Source: an uncultured Chloroflexia bacterium (GTDB lineage: Bacteria > Chloroflexota > Anaerolineae > CG2-30-64-16). Taken from it: DNA of 64,000 nt. Under the pieces are notes generated by a model. That model worked only from the letters and a program-made list of their open reading frames with translations, was not told the origin of the DNA and searched no databases. This document shows positions 20,295 to 30,701 of this stretch, one piece after another; position 1 is the first letter of the stretch, and each line of letters starts with the position of its first letter. The stretch spans positions 544,001-608,000 of the forward strand of contig CAWEMM010000012.1 of NCBI GenBank assembly GCA_963810095.1, written 5' to 3'. Both the position numbers and the translations under genes were made by a program.

Positions 20295-21299
20295 TCACGC
20301 CGAGACCCTCGCGACGGTCTCCTTGGCCTTCCGGTTCTTCTGGTAGGTATCGAAGCCGACCGCGGCCAGAAGGACAACACCTTTCACGACGTTCTGTGAG
20401 AAATCAGGGAAACTGGCAAGCTGCATGGCGTTGTTGAGCACGCCGATGATGAGCACGCCCGTTATGAGGCCGAAGATCGACCCTTCACCCCCGATGAAGC
20501 TGACACCGCCCAGCAGCGCAGCCGTCAGGCAGTCGAACTCAATGCCGGCACCCGTCGAGACCTGGCCGGCAAAAACCCGCGACAGCAGCAGGATCGAGGT
20601 GATGGCGGATGCGAAGCCGCAAATCGCAAACAGCATCAGCTTCATGCGGTTGGTGTTCACGCCCGCAAGGCGGGCCGCTTCGGCGTTGCCGCCCAGCGCA
20701 AAGGTAAACCGCCCGAAGTACGTCTTCACGAGCACGAAGTTGGCGATCAAAGCCACGATAATCATGACCACAATGGGCACCGGGATCGGACCCAGGTAGC
20801 CCTGGCCGAAGAACCGGAAGACATTCGGGAAGCCCATGATGTTTCTGGAGTTGGCGATGATGTACCCGACGCCCTTGTAAATCGACGCGGTGCCCAGCGT
20901 CACGATCAACGGGTGAACTTTCAGCTTAATCGAGAGCAGCCCATTCACCGCGCCCAGTGCCGTCCCCAACACCAGAATCAGCGGGATGGCGACGCCAAGC
21001 GGAACTTTGGCGTAGGCGAGCATGATGGACAAGACGATGTTGGTGAGAATGATCTGCGACCCGATGGAGAGGTCAATGGCCCCGCCGACCATCACGAACA
21101 TCAGACCCACCGCGCTGATCGCGACGAAGGAGACCTGCCGGACCAGGATGACGAGGTTATAGGGTGTCAGGAAATTGGGCGAGATGATGGAGAAGAGGAT
21201 CACGAGGCCCAGCAGGATCATCTGTGGGGCGAATTTTTGCAGGCGCGTGCCGATGCCAACGCCCGTTCTGGAAACAGGTACGCTCTGGCTATTCATCAT
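20295..21299 (-). CDS. Sugar ABC transporter permease
   Basis: GGAIDLSIG, GGNAEAARLAG, AALLGGVSFIGGEG. Confidence 0.9.
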   Translation of the reverse strand: MMNSQSVPVSRTGVGIGTRLQKFAPQMILLGLVILFSIISPNFLTPYNLVILVRQVSFVAISAVGLMFVMVGGAIDLSIGSQIILTNIVLSIMLAYAKVPLGVAIPLILVLGTALGAVNGLLSIKLKVHPLIVTLGTASIYKGVGYIIANSRNIMGFPNVFRFFGQGYLGPIPVPIVVMIIVALIANFVLVKTYFGRFTFALGGNAEAARLAGVNTNRMKLMLFAICGFASAITSILLLSRVFAGQVSTGAGIEFDCLTAALLGGVSFIGGEGSIFGLITGVLIIGVLNNAMQLASFPDFSQNVVKGVVLLAAVGFDTYQKNRKAKETVARVSA

Positions 21300-21306
21300 G
21301 CGGCTC

Positions 21307-22795
21307 CTAATGTACGCCCGACGCGAGGTCGAGAATATGATCCTGGCTGAACTCCGCCCGGGTTACCTCGCCGGCCAGCCGGCCTTCACACAGCACGATG
21401 ATCCTGTCTGACATGCCGAGCAACTCCTCCATGTCGGACGAAATCATCAGGATCGCGATCCCGCTGTTGGCTAACTCGCACATGAGGTTGTAGATTTCCT
21501 GCTTAGCGCCGACGTCGATGCCGCGGGTGGGCTCGTCAAAGATCAGTATGCTGGAGTCGGCGGCGAGGGCCTTGGCCAGAACCACCTTCTGCTGGTTCCC
21601 GCCGCTCAGGTTGATCACCCGCTGCAACAGGCTTGGCGTCTTGATGTTGATCCGCTGTCTGTACTTCTCGGCGATCTCGTTCTCGGCCCGCGTATCGACG
21701 ACGCCGCGCTTGGAGAGCCTGCGGACGATCGGAAAGCTGATGTTCCACCCCACGCCCATTTCGAGGAAGAGCCCTTGCCCCTTGCGGTCTTCAGTCAGCA
21801 GCCCGATGCCATTCTGCATGGCATCTTGGGGCGACCGGAGCCGTACCGGCTTGCCGCCGACGAGTATTTCGCCGCTCTCGGCCGGCACCGCGCCGAACAG
21901 CAGCATGGCCAGCTCGGTCCTTCCTGCGCCGACCAGGCCCGAGATTCCCAAGATCTCGCCCTTGCGGACCGAGAAAGAGATATCACGGTCGCCGTTGCCC
22001 GTGAGGCTGCGCACCTCGAGCGCCACCTCGCCCGGCGCGGCTGCCCGCTGCGGGTAAGTCTCCTTCAGTTCGCGGCCCACCATCAGGCCGATCAGTTCCT
22101 TGCGATTGGTGTCCTGCGTCAGCCTGGTCGCCACGTACCTTCCGTCGCGCAAGACGGACACCCGATCGGAGATCCGGAAGACTTCCTCAAGCCGGTGCGA
22201 AATGTAGATCACAGTCACCCCGTCCTGCTTGAGGCGCCGTGATGATTTCAAACATGTGCTCCACTTCCGAAACCGAAAGCGGTGCGCTCGGCTCGTCCAT
22301 GATCAGGATCCTGACGTTCTTGGACACGGCCTTGGCGATTTCGACGATCTGCTGTTTCGCCGGCGGCAGATCCCGAACGAGGGCATCCGGATCGATATCG
22401 ACGTTGAAGAGCTTGAATAGCTCGCGTGTTTTGCTCTTCATGGTCGCGTAATCGACCAGCGCGGATTTGCTCACCCGGTCGCCCAGAAAAATGTTCTCGG
22501 CAACCGACATGGTGGGCACGAGGTTAAATTCCTGGTAGATGACCTCGATCCCCAGGCTCCTGGAGAGGTGCGGGGTCATGTTCGGGCATTCGTGCCCGTT
22601 CACGGTGATGAGCCCGCCGTCGAGACCAATCGCGCCCGCAACGGCCTTGATGAGCGTGGACTTGCCCGCGCCGTTTTCGCCCAGCAACGCGTGGACTTCG
22701 CCCGCCACGAAGCCAAGCGAGACGCGATCGAGGGCTAACACGCCGGGGTACTTCTTGGTGATATCTTTGAGAGAGAGAACGACATCGGCATTCAT
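21307..22795 (-). CDS. Sugar ABC transporter ATP-binding protein (RbsA-like, two NBDs), frameshift near 22240
   Basis: [18 protein letters not shown]; [29 protein letters not shown]. Confidence 0.9.
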
Positions 22796-22822
22796 GTGCG
22801 CAGCAGCCTCGGTGGTGGCCTT

Positions 22823-22894
22823 CAACACAAAGACACAAAGGCATCACTTGAAGCAGGTAGGCTTCAGTGCTTGTGCCCTTGTGTCTTTGGGTTG
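22823..22894. repeat. Family A palindromic repeat
   Basis: CAACACAAAGACACAAAGGCA ... CTTGTGCCCTTGTGTCTTTGGGTTG. Confidence 0.75.
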
Positions 22895-22902
22895 CAAACA
22901 GC

Positions 22903-23960
22903 CTACTTGACTTCGCAGAAGATCGGCTCCAACACGTCGTTGGTGATCTTCGGGTATTCGACGCCCTGCATGACCTTCTTCAGCAGATCGTAGGTCACCT
23001 GGTCAAGGTTCGTGCCGCCGATGGCGACGAGGCCCTTGTACGGGTCCTTGCAGCTCTTGACGGTCTCGATCATGGTCGGATCCATGTCGCCCGCAAAGAC
23101 GGCGTACTTCGAGATGTCGACGTTCGGCAAGGCCTTGATGGTCTGGGCAACGCCCTGCGCATGCGCGCTGGACGACGCCAGGATGACCTTGACGTTCGGA
23201 TGCGCGGTCAGGATGTTCTCGGCCGTGCTGGCTCCGATTTGCATGCCCTCAGTCGAGATATCGACGAACTGCACCATGTTGGCCTTGGGGCAGCTTTTCG
23301 GCGATGGTGCGCATGCCCTGGGCCCGCAGCTTCATCTGCAGGTCGCCCGACTCGTTGCCGATAATGGCCACGTCGACACTTTTCTCCTTGGCGTCGGGGA
23401 ACGTCTTGGTGATGAAGTCGCATGCCATCTGGGCCATCTTGGTGCCGTCTTCGAGTTGGTCGGTGTGCATGATCGCGTCAAAGGGCTTCAGTTCCCCAGG
23501 CGGGACGCCGATGACCTTAATGCCCTTCTTTTGGGCTTCTTCGACGGCGGGCAGCACGTTCTCGATGGAGCCCGGAGCCATGACGATCATCGCCTTAATG
23601 CCCATCGAGATGCAGTTCTCGATCTGGGCATACTGTTGGGTTGCCCCGCCGTCGTCGGCGCCGAAGACGGACACTTCAACGCCGTCGGCCGCCGCCTTGG
23701 CCTTGACCGAATTGGCCAGGTTGTTGAGGAAGGTGTTGGACAGCGCAGGAATCAGGTAGCAGGCCTTCTGCCCCTTGATGTCGGCGCTGGGGCCGGCGGC
23801 TGCAGCAGGCGCTTGGGTGGGTTCGGGGGCCTTGGTGGGCTCGGCCACGGGGGCCTGGGTGGGCGCCGCGGCGGGAGCCGCGGTCGGAGCGGGTGCAGCA
23901 CAACCCGCGAGGAGCGCAAGTGTGAGGACGACCAGTACGACCGTGTACAGTGGTCTTCAT
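22903..23960 (-). CDS. Sugar ABC substrate-binding lipoprotein (about two frameshifts)
   Basis: LLAGC lipobox, PTKAPEPTQAP linker, LSNTFLNNL, AENILTAHPNVK spread over three frames. Confidence 0.82.
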
Positions 23961-24007
23961 GGTGAACTCCTTCTCCTGTGGTGCAATGCGTGATCGGGCG
24001 AAACAGC

Positions 24008-24056
24008 GTATTGCGTGCTAAGACGGCACGTTAGCATGGCCGCGGTTGATTGTCAA
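24008..24056 (-). promoter_or_regulatory. Sigma70 promoter of ABC operon 2/gal genes with 17-bp operator
   Basis: Minus strand TTGACA(24056-24051)-N17-TAACGT with extended TG; GTATTGCGTGCTAAGAC at 24008-24024. Confidence 0.65.
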
Positions 24057-24118
24057 TCGCAAGAAGTCTTGCCGGCAGACCCGGACGACAGCCGGGATCG
24101 CCGCCTGCGTTAGAGCAT

Positions 24119-24346
24119 TTATCCGCCGGACAGGTAAGGGAAGAAGCAGAAGCCGTGCTCCCGCTGGCACACAGTCCTCCAGGCTCGTGCTGCACGCCGT
24201 CGATCGTGAGGAGGCCGATCAATTCGGCATCCAGGCCGAGCAACAGGGCGACGTCGGCCGCCGAGACCGGGTGGCCCGGCTGCAACTGTGTTGCCGCGTG
24301 GCTGGCGGGGAGCCAGGCCGCCGAAGAGTTCGACCTCGATCGTCAT
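24119..24346 (-). CDS. MoaD/ThiS family sulfur-carrier protein (frameshifted)
   Basis: MTIEVELFGGL ... LLTIDG ... FFPYLSGG C-terminal Gly-Gly. Confidence 0.75.
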   Translation of the reverse strand: MTIEVELFGGLAPRQPRGNTVAAGPPGLGGRRRPVARPGCRIDRPPHDRRRAARAWRTVCQREHGFCFFPYLSGG

Positions 24347-24486
24347 GCCCGGCGTGCTTCTCCCGACGTCAAGAGTGGTACAAGGCCCGGATAGGGCCAC
24401 GGCCCTGACAACAGCTCTCCTGGCACGGCGGAGCGCCGGTCTCGGCGCCGGCGCTCCGCCACCACCAAGGAGAAAAGGACACACTT

Positions 24487-25451
24487 TCAAGGCGGATAGG
24501 CGACGGTATAGAGGTGTTTCCCACCGTTCAGGGGGCCCTTCAGCAGGGCTTCAATCTCGGCCGGGTCGCGCATGGTCATCTTTTCCGCGGGCGGCAGGCA
24601 GCCGGCCGGGAAACGGGTCATGATGTCGCCGATGAATTTGACCAGCAGTCGAGCAGCACTTCCAGGCCGGGGTACGCCTTGTTGGCGTCGGCGAGCGTCG
24701 GCCGGCCGATGACGCCCTCAGGGTACACCGCGACCTCGATCCCGCTGCCGCCGATGTGCTCGTGCCCCTTGATCGGCGCGTGCATGATCTCGCCGCCCTT
24801 GTCGATGTAGCCGGCGGGCAGGAAGCCTTCGCCCTTGGTGTCGACCGCGTTCTCCATCGTCATGAACTCGGGGAACAGGGCCAGCGAATAGGACGCTTCG
24901 ACCTCGCACGCGTGTTGGAACGGGGTCTCGAACGGCCCGCCGTGCGTCTTGTCCTTCAGATAATCGTGGATCACTGTGGGCCAGTGGACCGAAAACAGCA
25001 TGGCCGGCACCTGGTACTTCTTCGCCAATTGGTGCAGCGCGAGCGGGATGACCTCTTCCTGGCCGTGACCGTTCAGAAAGATCTGCTTGCGGAAGCCGGC
25101 ATTCCAGAAGCCCGCGATGACCGCACGCAGGTTGGCGAGGAAGGGGTCCTCGGGAATGACGACGGTGCCGGGCATGCCCAGGTGGTTGTACGGGTGCGAG
25201 CCGTACCAGATCGGCTCGGCCACCGTGCAGCCGGTCTTCTGCGCGACCATCTCGGCCATCCGCGTGACGAGGAAGGTGTCCTCGCCGAACGGCTGCGCGT
25301 CGCCGTGACACTCGGTGCTGCCGACCGGAATGATGATCAGGTCGTTCGTTTGCAGCCGCTCGCGCAACTGCTTGACGTTCATGGTCTGGTAGTAGATGCC
25401 GTCGGGCCGTTCCATGTGACCGCCCGCGGGCGGCAGCTGCCAGTTCCCCAT
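24487..25451 (-). CDS. iolN: Creatininase-family hydrolase, close to 3-dehydro-scyllo-inosose hydrolase (frameshift near 24645)
   Basis: IIIPVGSTECHG, EDTFLVTRMAE, NGHGQE, HACEVE; tail DIMTRFPAGCLPP in a shifted frame; resembles Thermotoga IolN as recalled. Confidence 0.78.
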
Positions 25452-25484
25452 GCGCTCACTCCTCTCAGTCAGCCAGGCGTTGCA

Positions 25485-25572
25485 CCAGCCAGACACAAAG
25501 ACCCACTAAGCACGGGGGATAGGTTCGAAGCTGTCCCTGGTGACGCCTTGTGCCTGTGCCTGGTCCTGTGTT
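25485..25572. repeat. Degenerate family A repeat
   Basis: AGACACAAAGACCCAC ... CCTTGTGCCTGTGCCTGGTCCTGTGTT. Confidence 0.5.
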
Positions 25573-25580
25573 AGACCGGC

Positions 25581-26496
25581 CTAGATCTGCGGGATGTGCA
25601 GGTCGCTGGCGAACGCCTTGGACTGGGTCAGGTTCGGATAGTAGCAGTTCAGCATCTCGACGATGATTGCGGCCTGGGCGGCCATCTTCTTGCCCTCGGC
25701 GGCCGACGTCATCTCGCCGTGCCCGCTGACGACCGAGTTGCCGGTCTTGCAGTGCAGCGGCGCAGCCACCCGGACGATTTCGGGCGCTTCGTAGGTGCGG
25801 ATGAAGCCGCCGGAGCCGGGCGGGTTGTCCGTGTGGATATCGAGCGGGACCTTGACGGCCGCGCGCAGGGCGGCATGCATGGGGATTTGCAGGTCGCGCA
25901 CCGGGTTGATGCTGTCCGCGCCCAGGCTCTCCAACAGCTTGAAGGAGGCCGGGTTGCAGTGGCCGAGGTGCGCCGAGGTCTTGAAGGTAATGTCGGCGGG
26001 CAGCGCGCCGTCCTTGCGCATCTGGCCCACGACCCACAACATGCCCTCATCATAGATCAGGAAGCCGCGCACGCCGCAATCGTAGCCGCGCTTGATATCC
26101 TCGATCGCCCGCAGGAGCTGTTCCATGCCGCGCAACCGGTAGCTGATGCGGACGCCCTGCTGCGAGAGCACCGGTCGCGCCCGTGTCGTACGTGGCGCGA
26201 GGGCCGACCGACATGAGGAGTTCCGCACCGTACGCGTTGCACAGCTTGCAGTACTCGTGGAGTTCCTGCCGGGTGTGGCGGAACATGCCGTAGGTCTCGG
26301 TCACGCGGTTGATCGTGATGCCCAGTTTCAAGGACGTCTCCAGCAGGGCCTCAACCGCCTCGGACGAGTTGACCGTCGGCACTTCGATGCGGAAGGCAGC
26401 ACCGTCGGGGAAGCGCAGGGCCGAGCTCGGCATGTCGTAGCAATCGCCGGACGGCAAGCCCAGCTTCTTCATGTACTCGCGGGTTTCTTCAAACAT
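25581..26496 (-). CDS. U32-peptidase-like TIM-barrel protein of unknown function (frameshift near 26175)
   Basis: RFPDGAAFRIEVP, GVRGFLIYDEG, SAHLGHCNP, LGADSINP, PLDIHTD. Confidence 0.7.
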
Positions 26497-26539
26497 GGTT
26501 TTGCTCCTGGTGATGCGCCACCGTTCGGTGGCAATGGTG

Positions 26540-26902
26540 CTATTTGCAGTGGGCCGGCAGTGGGGGGCAGTAAGCCCACACGATGCGCAACGGCTCGTCG
26601 CCGATGTTCTCGACGCGATGCTTCTTGCCAAGAGGCGAGTAAAAGGCCGTCTCGGGGCCGATTTCCCACTCACCCTCGCCGTCGATCACGATCTTTGCGC
26701 GGCCACTGATGAGGAACAGGACTTCCTCCGATTCCTCGTGCATGTGGTCCGGAATCATGCTGCCGACCTCGGTGATGTTCATCCCCATCGAGACGTTCTG
26801 GACCCCCCCGAACTTGGGGGCGAGCAACAGCTTGGAGACGCGCGGTGGGATGCGGTGCTCCCCCTCCACATCGGCGGCTCTGACGAATGGTGGTTTTTCC
26901 AC
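26540..26902 (-). CDS. Cupin domain protein
   Basis: HMHEESEEVLFLISG ... PLGKKHRVENIG. Confidence 0.85.
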   Translation of the reverse strand: MEKPPFVRAADVEGEHRIPPRVSKLLLAPKFGGVQNVSMGMNITEVGSMIPDHMHEESEEVLFLISGRAKIVIDGEGEWEIGPETAFYSPLGKKHRVENIGDEPLRIVWAYCPPLPAHCK

Positions 26903-26943
26903 GGTATCCCCTCTCCTATGTGACTGATCTTGGAAACCCTTTT

Positions 26944-28087
26944 CTAAACGGCTGCGTCTTTTACAGCCCCGTCCCGGCCGTGCTCACGCCCAGGAGGGCG
27001 TGCTACGCCCACGAGGTTCGCCACCGCGGCCAGGTCTGCCTGCACCTTGGGCGGGAGCAATACGCCATCGCGCTCGACGCGCTGCGTGCTCTCATATTCT
27101 TTCTCGCCCGCGGTGTAGATCGCGCGCTTCGCTCGGGGCGCGGCGGGAGGCGCGCAGCTCGCGGGTGATGCCGCCGGCAATGCGCTTGAAGACCGGCAGC
27201 GGGACGAAGTGCTCGATGTCGATCGCCATGAAGAAATGGCCGATGCGCAGGAACTGGGGCTTGCCCTCGGCGTCGAAGTCGACGAGACCCGAGAGATAAG
27301 TGCCGTCTTGAAACGCCGCTGAGAAGATCTCGACAATGGTCGCCAGGCCGTAGCCCTTGTAGCCGGCCATCAGCTCGCCCATGCCGCCCAGCGGCAGCAG
27401 CGCGGCAGTCTCGGCCGCAAGATCGGCAATGAGCGTCTCGCTGTTGGTTGCGGGCGTGCCGTCCTGCTGGATGACCCAGCCCTCGGGGATCGGCTTGCCG
27501 GCCCGCGCCAGGACCTCGATGCGGCCGCGCGGGGTGATGGAGGTCGCGGCATCGTACAAAAAGGGAAACGGCTCGTCGGTCGGTGCGGCCACGGCGATGG
27601 GGTTCGTGCCCAGCATCGGCTGCACGCCGAAGGTGGGCGCAATCGAGGGATGTGCGTTCGTGAAGCTGAGCCCGACCATGCCGGCCCTGACCGCCATGAG
27701 GGTGTAGTAACCCGCAACGCCGTAGTGGCTGGAGTTGCGCACTGCGACCGCGCCCAGCCCGAACTTCCGCGCCTTCTCGATTGCCAACTGCATCGCATGG
27801 TGACCCAGCACCATACCCATGCCGTTGTTGCCGTCAATGACGGCGGTCGTCTCGGTGTCTTTCACAATGTCGGGGCAACTGGCGGGGAGCTGGAGACCTT
27901 GCTGGATGCGGTCGTAGTACATCTTGAGGTGCGCGACGCCGTGCGACTTAACACCCCAGAGGTCGGCCGTTATGAGGACATCGGCGGTAATCTTCGCATC
28001 TTCCGGGGGCAGCCCCATCCCCTCCAAGCAATCGACCATGAAGGCGGTCAGGACAGGCACGGGAATCTGGATGGTCTCGTTGGACAT
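26944..28087 (-). CDS. Ldh_2 (malate/L-lactate dehydrogenase type 2, AllD/ComC-like) oxidoreductase, frameshift near C-terminus
   Basis: ADLWGVKSHG, VRNSSHYG, GTNPIA, GYKGYGL. Confidence 0.88.
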
Positions 28088-28111
28088 CGTTGGCCTCGTC
28101 GGGTCACTGAG

Positions 28112-28183
28112 GTTTTATCTAATGAGACAGTGTCTTGTATAACAATACATGTACACCATATCACAGAGTATCTGGGTTGTCAA
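28112..28183 (-). promoter_or_regulatory. Sigma70 promoter of the ldh operon with tandem 17-bp operators
   Basis: Minus strand TTGACA(28183-28178)-N17-TATGGT with extended TG; GTTTTATCTAATGAGAC at 28112-28128 and GTCTTGTATAACAATAC at 28132-28148. Confidence 0.78.
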
Positions 28184-28268
28184 TCACCAATTTTAGGGGT
28201 TTCGTGGGGCCGGGACCGGTCGATGCACTCCTGCCCGCTCCTTCCTGCCCCCGTGTTGACGTTTGCCA

Positions 28269-28329
28269 TTGACAAACGCGCGGCGGAGTGATATGCTGAT
28301 TTATGAGACGACACTTCACCTAGTGATAC
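28269..28329 (+). promoter_or_regulatory. Sigma70 promoter of tannase gene with operator-like sites
   Basis: TTGACA(28269)-N17-TATGCT with extended TG; half-site ATGAGAC ending 28309 and ACTTCACCTAGTGATAC at 28313-28329. Confidence 0.72.
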
Positions 28330-28649
28330 AGTGGCGTCACCCGATGACGTTGCAGCGCGCACCGCCCTGGGCCGCTTTCGCCCGTACCATCGGCCCTATG
28401 AATCCTTCTCTGCCCGGCGGCTGAACACCGGCCACTTTCCTCGCCTGGGTTCTCAAGAGGTTGGCATGCACAAAAGCGCCACCGCCCGGCCCGCAGGTCC
28501 CCTCGACGCTCTCTCGCGCGCTCCCTCGATCGAGTTACCGACCTACTCTGTCTTGGGCGTTTCCACGTCTCCCTGACATCGAGCTTGCGGGCGACAACTG
28601 TCCTAATCAATGACGACCCGGACCAAATCGCTTCAAAGGAGAACGGATT

Positions 28650-30512
28650 ATGAAGTCGAGCAAAGTCGTGACCCTCGTCCTGTCCATCGTGTTGCTGCTC
28701 ACGCTGCTGCCCAGCATGGTCGGGGCGCAAGGGGCGGACCCCCTGGCCCTACCGGCTGCGCCTGCGGGAACGCTGGCCGTGACCGTTGACGGCACCCCCC
28801 TGACCCTGACGTACTATCGGGTGATCTACGTGGCGAACCCCGTCCCCGTGAAGAACCCCCAAGGCGGAGCCGTCACGTACGATTACGAGACGATGAACAT
28901 CTACATCCCGTCGAACGCCACCGCCGATTCGCCCGTCATCCTGCAGATTAGCAACAGCGGTTGGATGCCCAGCAAAGTGCCGGCCGTGATCGCGAACGGT
29001 GCGAGCTACGCCAGCGCCGCCAACCAGACCGGCGCGGCGTTCAAGGCCGGGTATGTGATCGCGGCCGCCGGCACCCGCAGCCGCAGCTTGCAAGACATGG
29101 ACGGCGCATATGTCGGGCATGCGCCCGCCGTGGTCGTGGACACCAAGGCGGCGATCCGCTACCTCCGACACAACGATCCCGCCATGCTCGGCACCACCGA
29201 GCGCCTCTTCATCACCGGGACGAGCGGCGGCGGCGGCCTCTCCGTGGCCATCTCGGCCAGCGGCAACAGCCCGGCCTACTTCCCCTACCTGAACGCGATC
29301 GGGGCGGCCGGCGTCGGCTATGACGCAGCGAGCGGCAAATACGCCTCCACACTCCGCGACGACGTGTTCGGGACCGTGGCCTACTGCCCGATCACGGACC
29401 TGAACAACGCGGACGCGGCCTATGAGTGGACCTACAACAACACCCGGAAGGAGCTCGGCATCTATTCCGAAGATCAGATGGCGGCCTCCGAGTGGCTGAT
29501 GGACGATTACGTCCCCTACTTCAACAAGCTGGGCTTGCGGGATCAGAACCGTAAGCGGCTGGTGGCCGATAATCTGGACGAGGCCATCACGAAGATCGTC
29601 GAGAAGGAGATTGAGGAAGCGTACGTCGAAGTGGGTCCGACCCAGATGGCCGCCGACATCAATGCCCTGGCCTACAAGGACAACAGCTGGTACTCGGTCG
29701 ACGCGAACGGCAAGGCGACCCTGGACTATGACAAGTACCTGTACTTCGTCGTCCAGAACAAGGCCCTCAAGACGCCGCCGGCGTTCGACAACTACAAGTC
29801 GGTGCTGCAGGGCCAGATGAACGAGTCGAACCTGGCCGGCACCTCGACGCAGGAATACAGCCCCTTCTCCGAGTGGGCGTGGGAGCATAACGGCGCGGCC
29901 GGCGATGGCGTGGGCTCGGACGACGTGGGTCTGCCCTGGGACGCCTACGTCCAAACGGACGCGGGCAAGGCGGTGGTGCAGCAGATGGACATGGTCGACC
30001 CCATGCCGTACGTGCTCAATGCCAAGAACGGCGACAGTGCGCCGTACTGGTATTACCGGCATGGCATGATCGACCGCGACACGTCCTTTGCAGTCGAAGT
30101 CGGTCTCTACTACGCGATCCTGACCTCGCGCAGCGTCCAAAACGTGAATTTCGAGCTGGCGTGGCTCAAGCCGCATTCGGGCAACTACGACGTGCCGGAG
30201 GCCTACGAATGGGTGGCCGAAGCTGTCGAGAATGCGAACACCTTCGACGCGGTCGACGCACTGATCGGCGATACGGTGACCGAGGGCTTCAGCCTCCCCA
30301 CCGGACCCGGCATCACTTACACCAGCAGCAATCCGAGCGTCTTCAACGTCGTGGACGGCCAGGCCAGCGTGAACCGGCCCAACAAAAAAGATGCCACCGT
30401 GGTGTTGGCAGTCCGTGTCGTTAGCGACGGCGTCGCCGGCAACGGCTACAACTACGGCCGGGTCGACGTGACCCGCACCTTCACGTTCGTCGTGCCGGCC
30501 GCGGGCAAGTAG
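28650..30512 (+). CDS. Secreted subtype B tannase (tannin acyl hydrolase) with C-terminal Ig-like domain
   Basis: Signal peptide; APAVVVDTKAAIRY, GTSGGG nucleophile, YCPITDLNNADAAYEW, RHGMIDRDTS, PHSGNYD (Lactobacillus TanB-type motifs). Confidence 0.85.
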   Translation: MKSSKVVTLVLSIVLLLTLLPSMVGAQGADPLALPAAPAGTLAVTVDGTPLTLTYYRVIYVANPVPVKNPQGGAVTYDYETMNIYIPSNATADSPVILQISNSGWMPSKVPAVIANGASYASAANQTGAAFKAGYVIAAAGTRSRSLQDMDGAYVGHAPAVVVDTKAAIRYLRHNDPAMLGTTERLFITGTSGGGGLSVAISASGNSPAYFPYLNAIGAAGVGYDAASGKYASTLRDDVFGTVAYCPITDLNNADAAYEWTYNNTRKELGIYSEDQMAASEWLMDDYVPYFNKLGLRDQNRKRLVADNLDEAITKIVEKEIEEAYVEVGPTQMAADINALAYKDNSWYSVDANGKATLDYDKYLYFVVQNKALKTPPAFDNYKSVLQGQMNESNLAGTSTQEYSPFSEWAWEHNGAAGDGVGSDDVGLPWDAYVQTDAGKAVVQQMDMVDPMPYVLNAKNGDSAPYWYYRHGMIDRDTSFAVEVGLYYAILTSRSVQNVNFELAWLKPHSGNYDVPEAYEWVAEAVENANTFDAVDALIGDTVTEGFSLPTGPGITYTSSNPSVFNVVDGQASVNRPNKKDATVVLAVRVVSDGVAGNGYNYGRVDVTRTFTFVVPAAGK

Positions 30513-30543
30513 CAAGCCGGCCCTGATTTTCCAGACACGGGAT

Positions 30544-30578
30544 GCAGCCTTCGGGCGGTCCGTCGGCCCGAGGGCTGC
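30544..30578 (+). terminator. Hairpin downstream of tannase
   Basis: GCAGCCTTCGGGC...GCCCGAGGGCTGC. Confidence 0.5.
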
Positions 30579-30592
30579 GCCTCGCTCCATGC

Positions 30593-30685
30593 TTAGAATC
30601 TATCCGAACATGCTCTGCCGCTGTCCGACGGAGCCAGACGGGCACGGTCAGAGACCGGCCCGGCCAATTCTCGGCTAGATACTTA
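30593..30685. mobile_element. MITE-like element (family C), copy 1
   Basis: Imperfect TIRs GAATCTATCCGA / TCGGCTAGATAC flanked by TTA on both sides; homologous to 53006-53118 in opposite orientation. Confidence 0.6.
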
Positions 30686-30701
30686 CGCTAAAACCTGCCA
30701 C

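Noticed and set aside
28749-30590. 613-aa ORF antisense to the tannase, and many similar long antisense or alternate-frame ORFs
   Set aside because: Shadow ORFs expected from high-GC codon bias; no motifs or RBS
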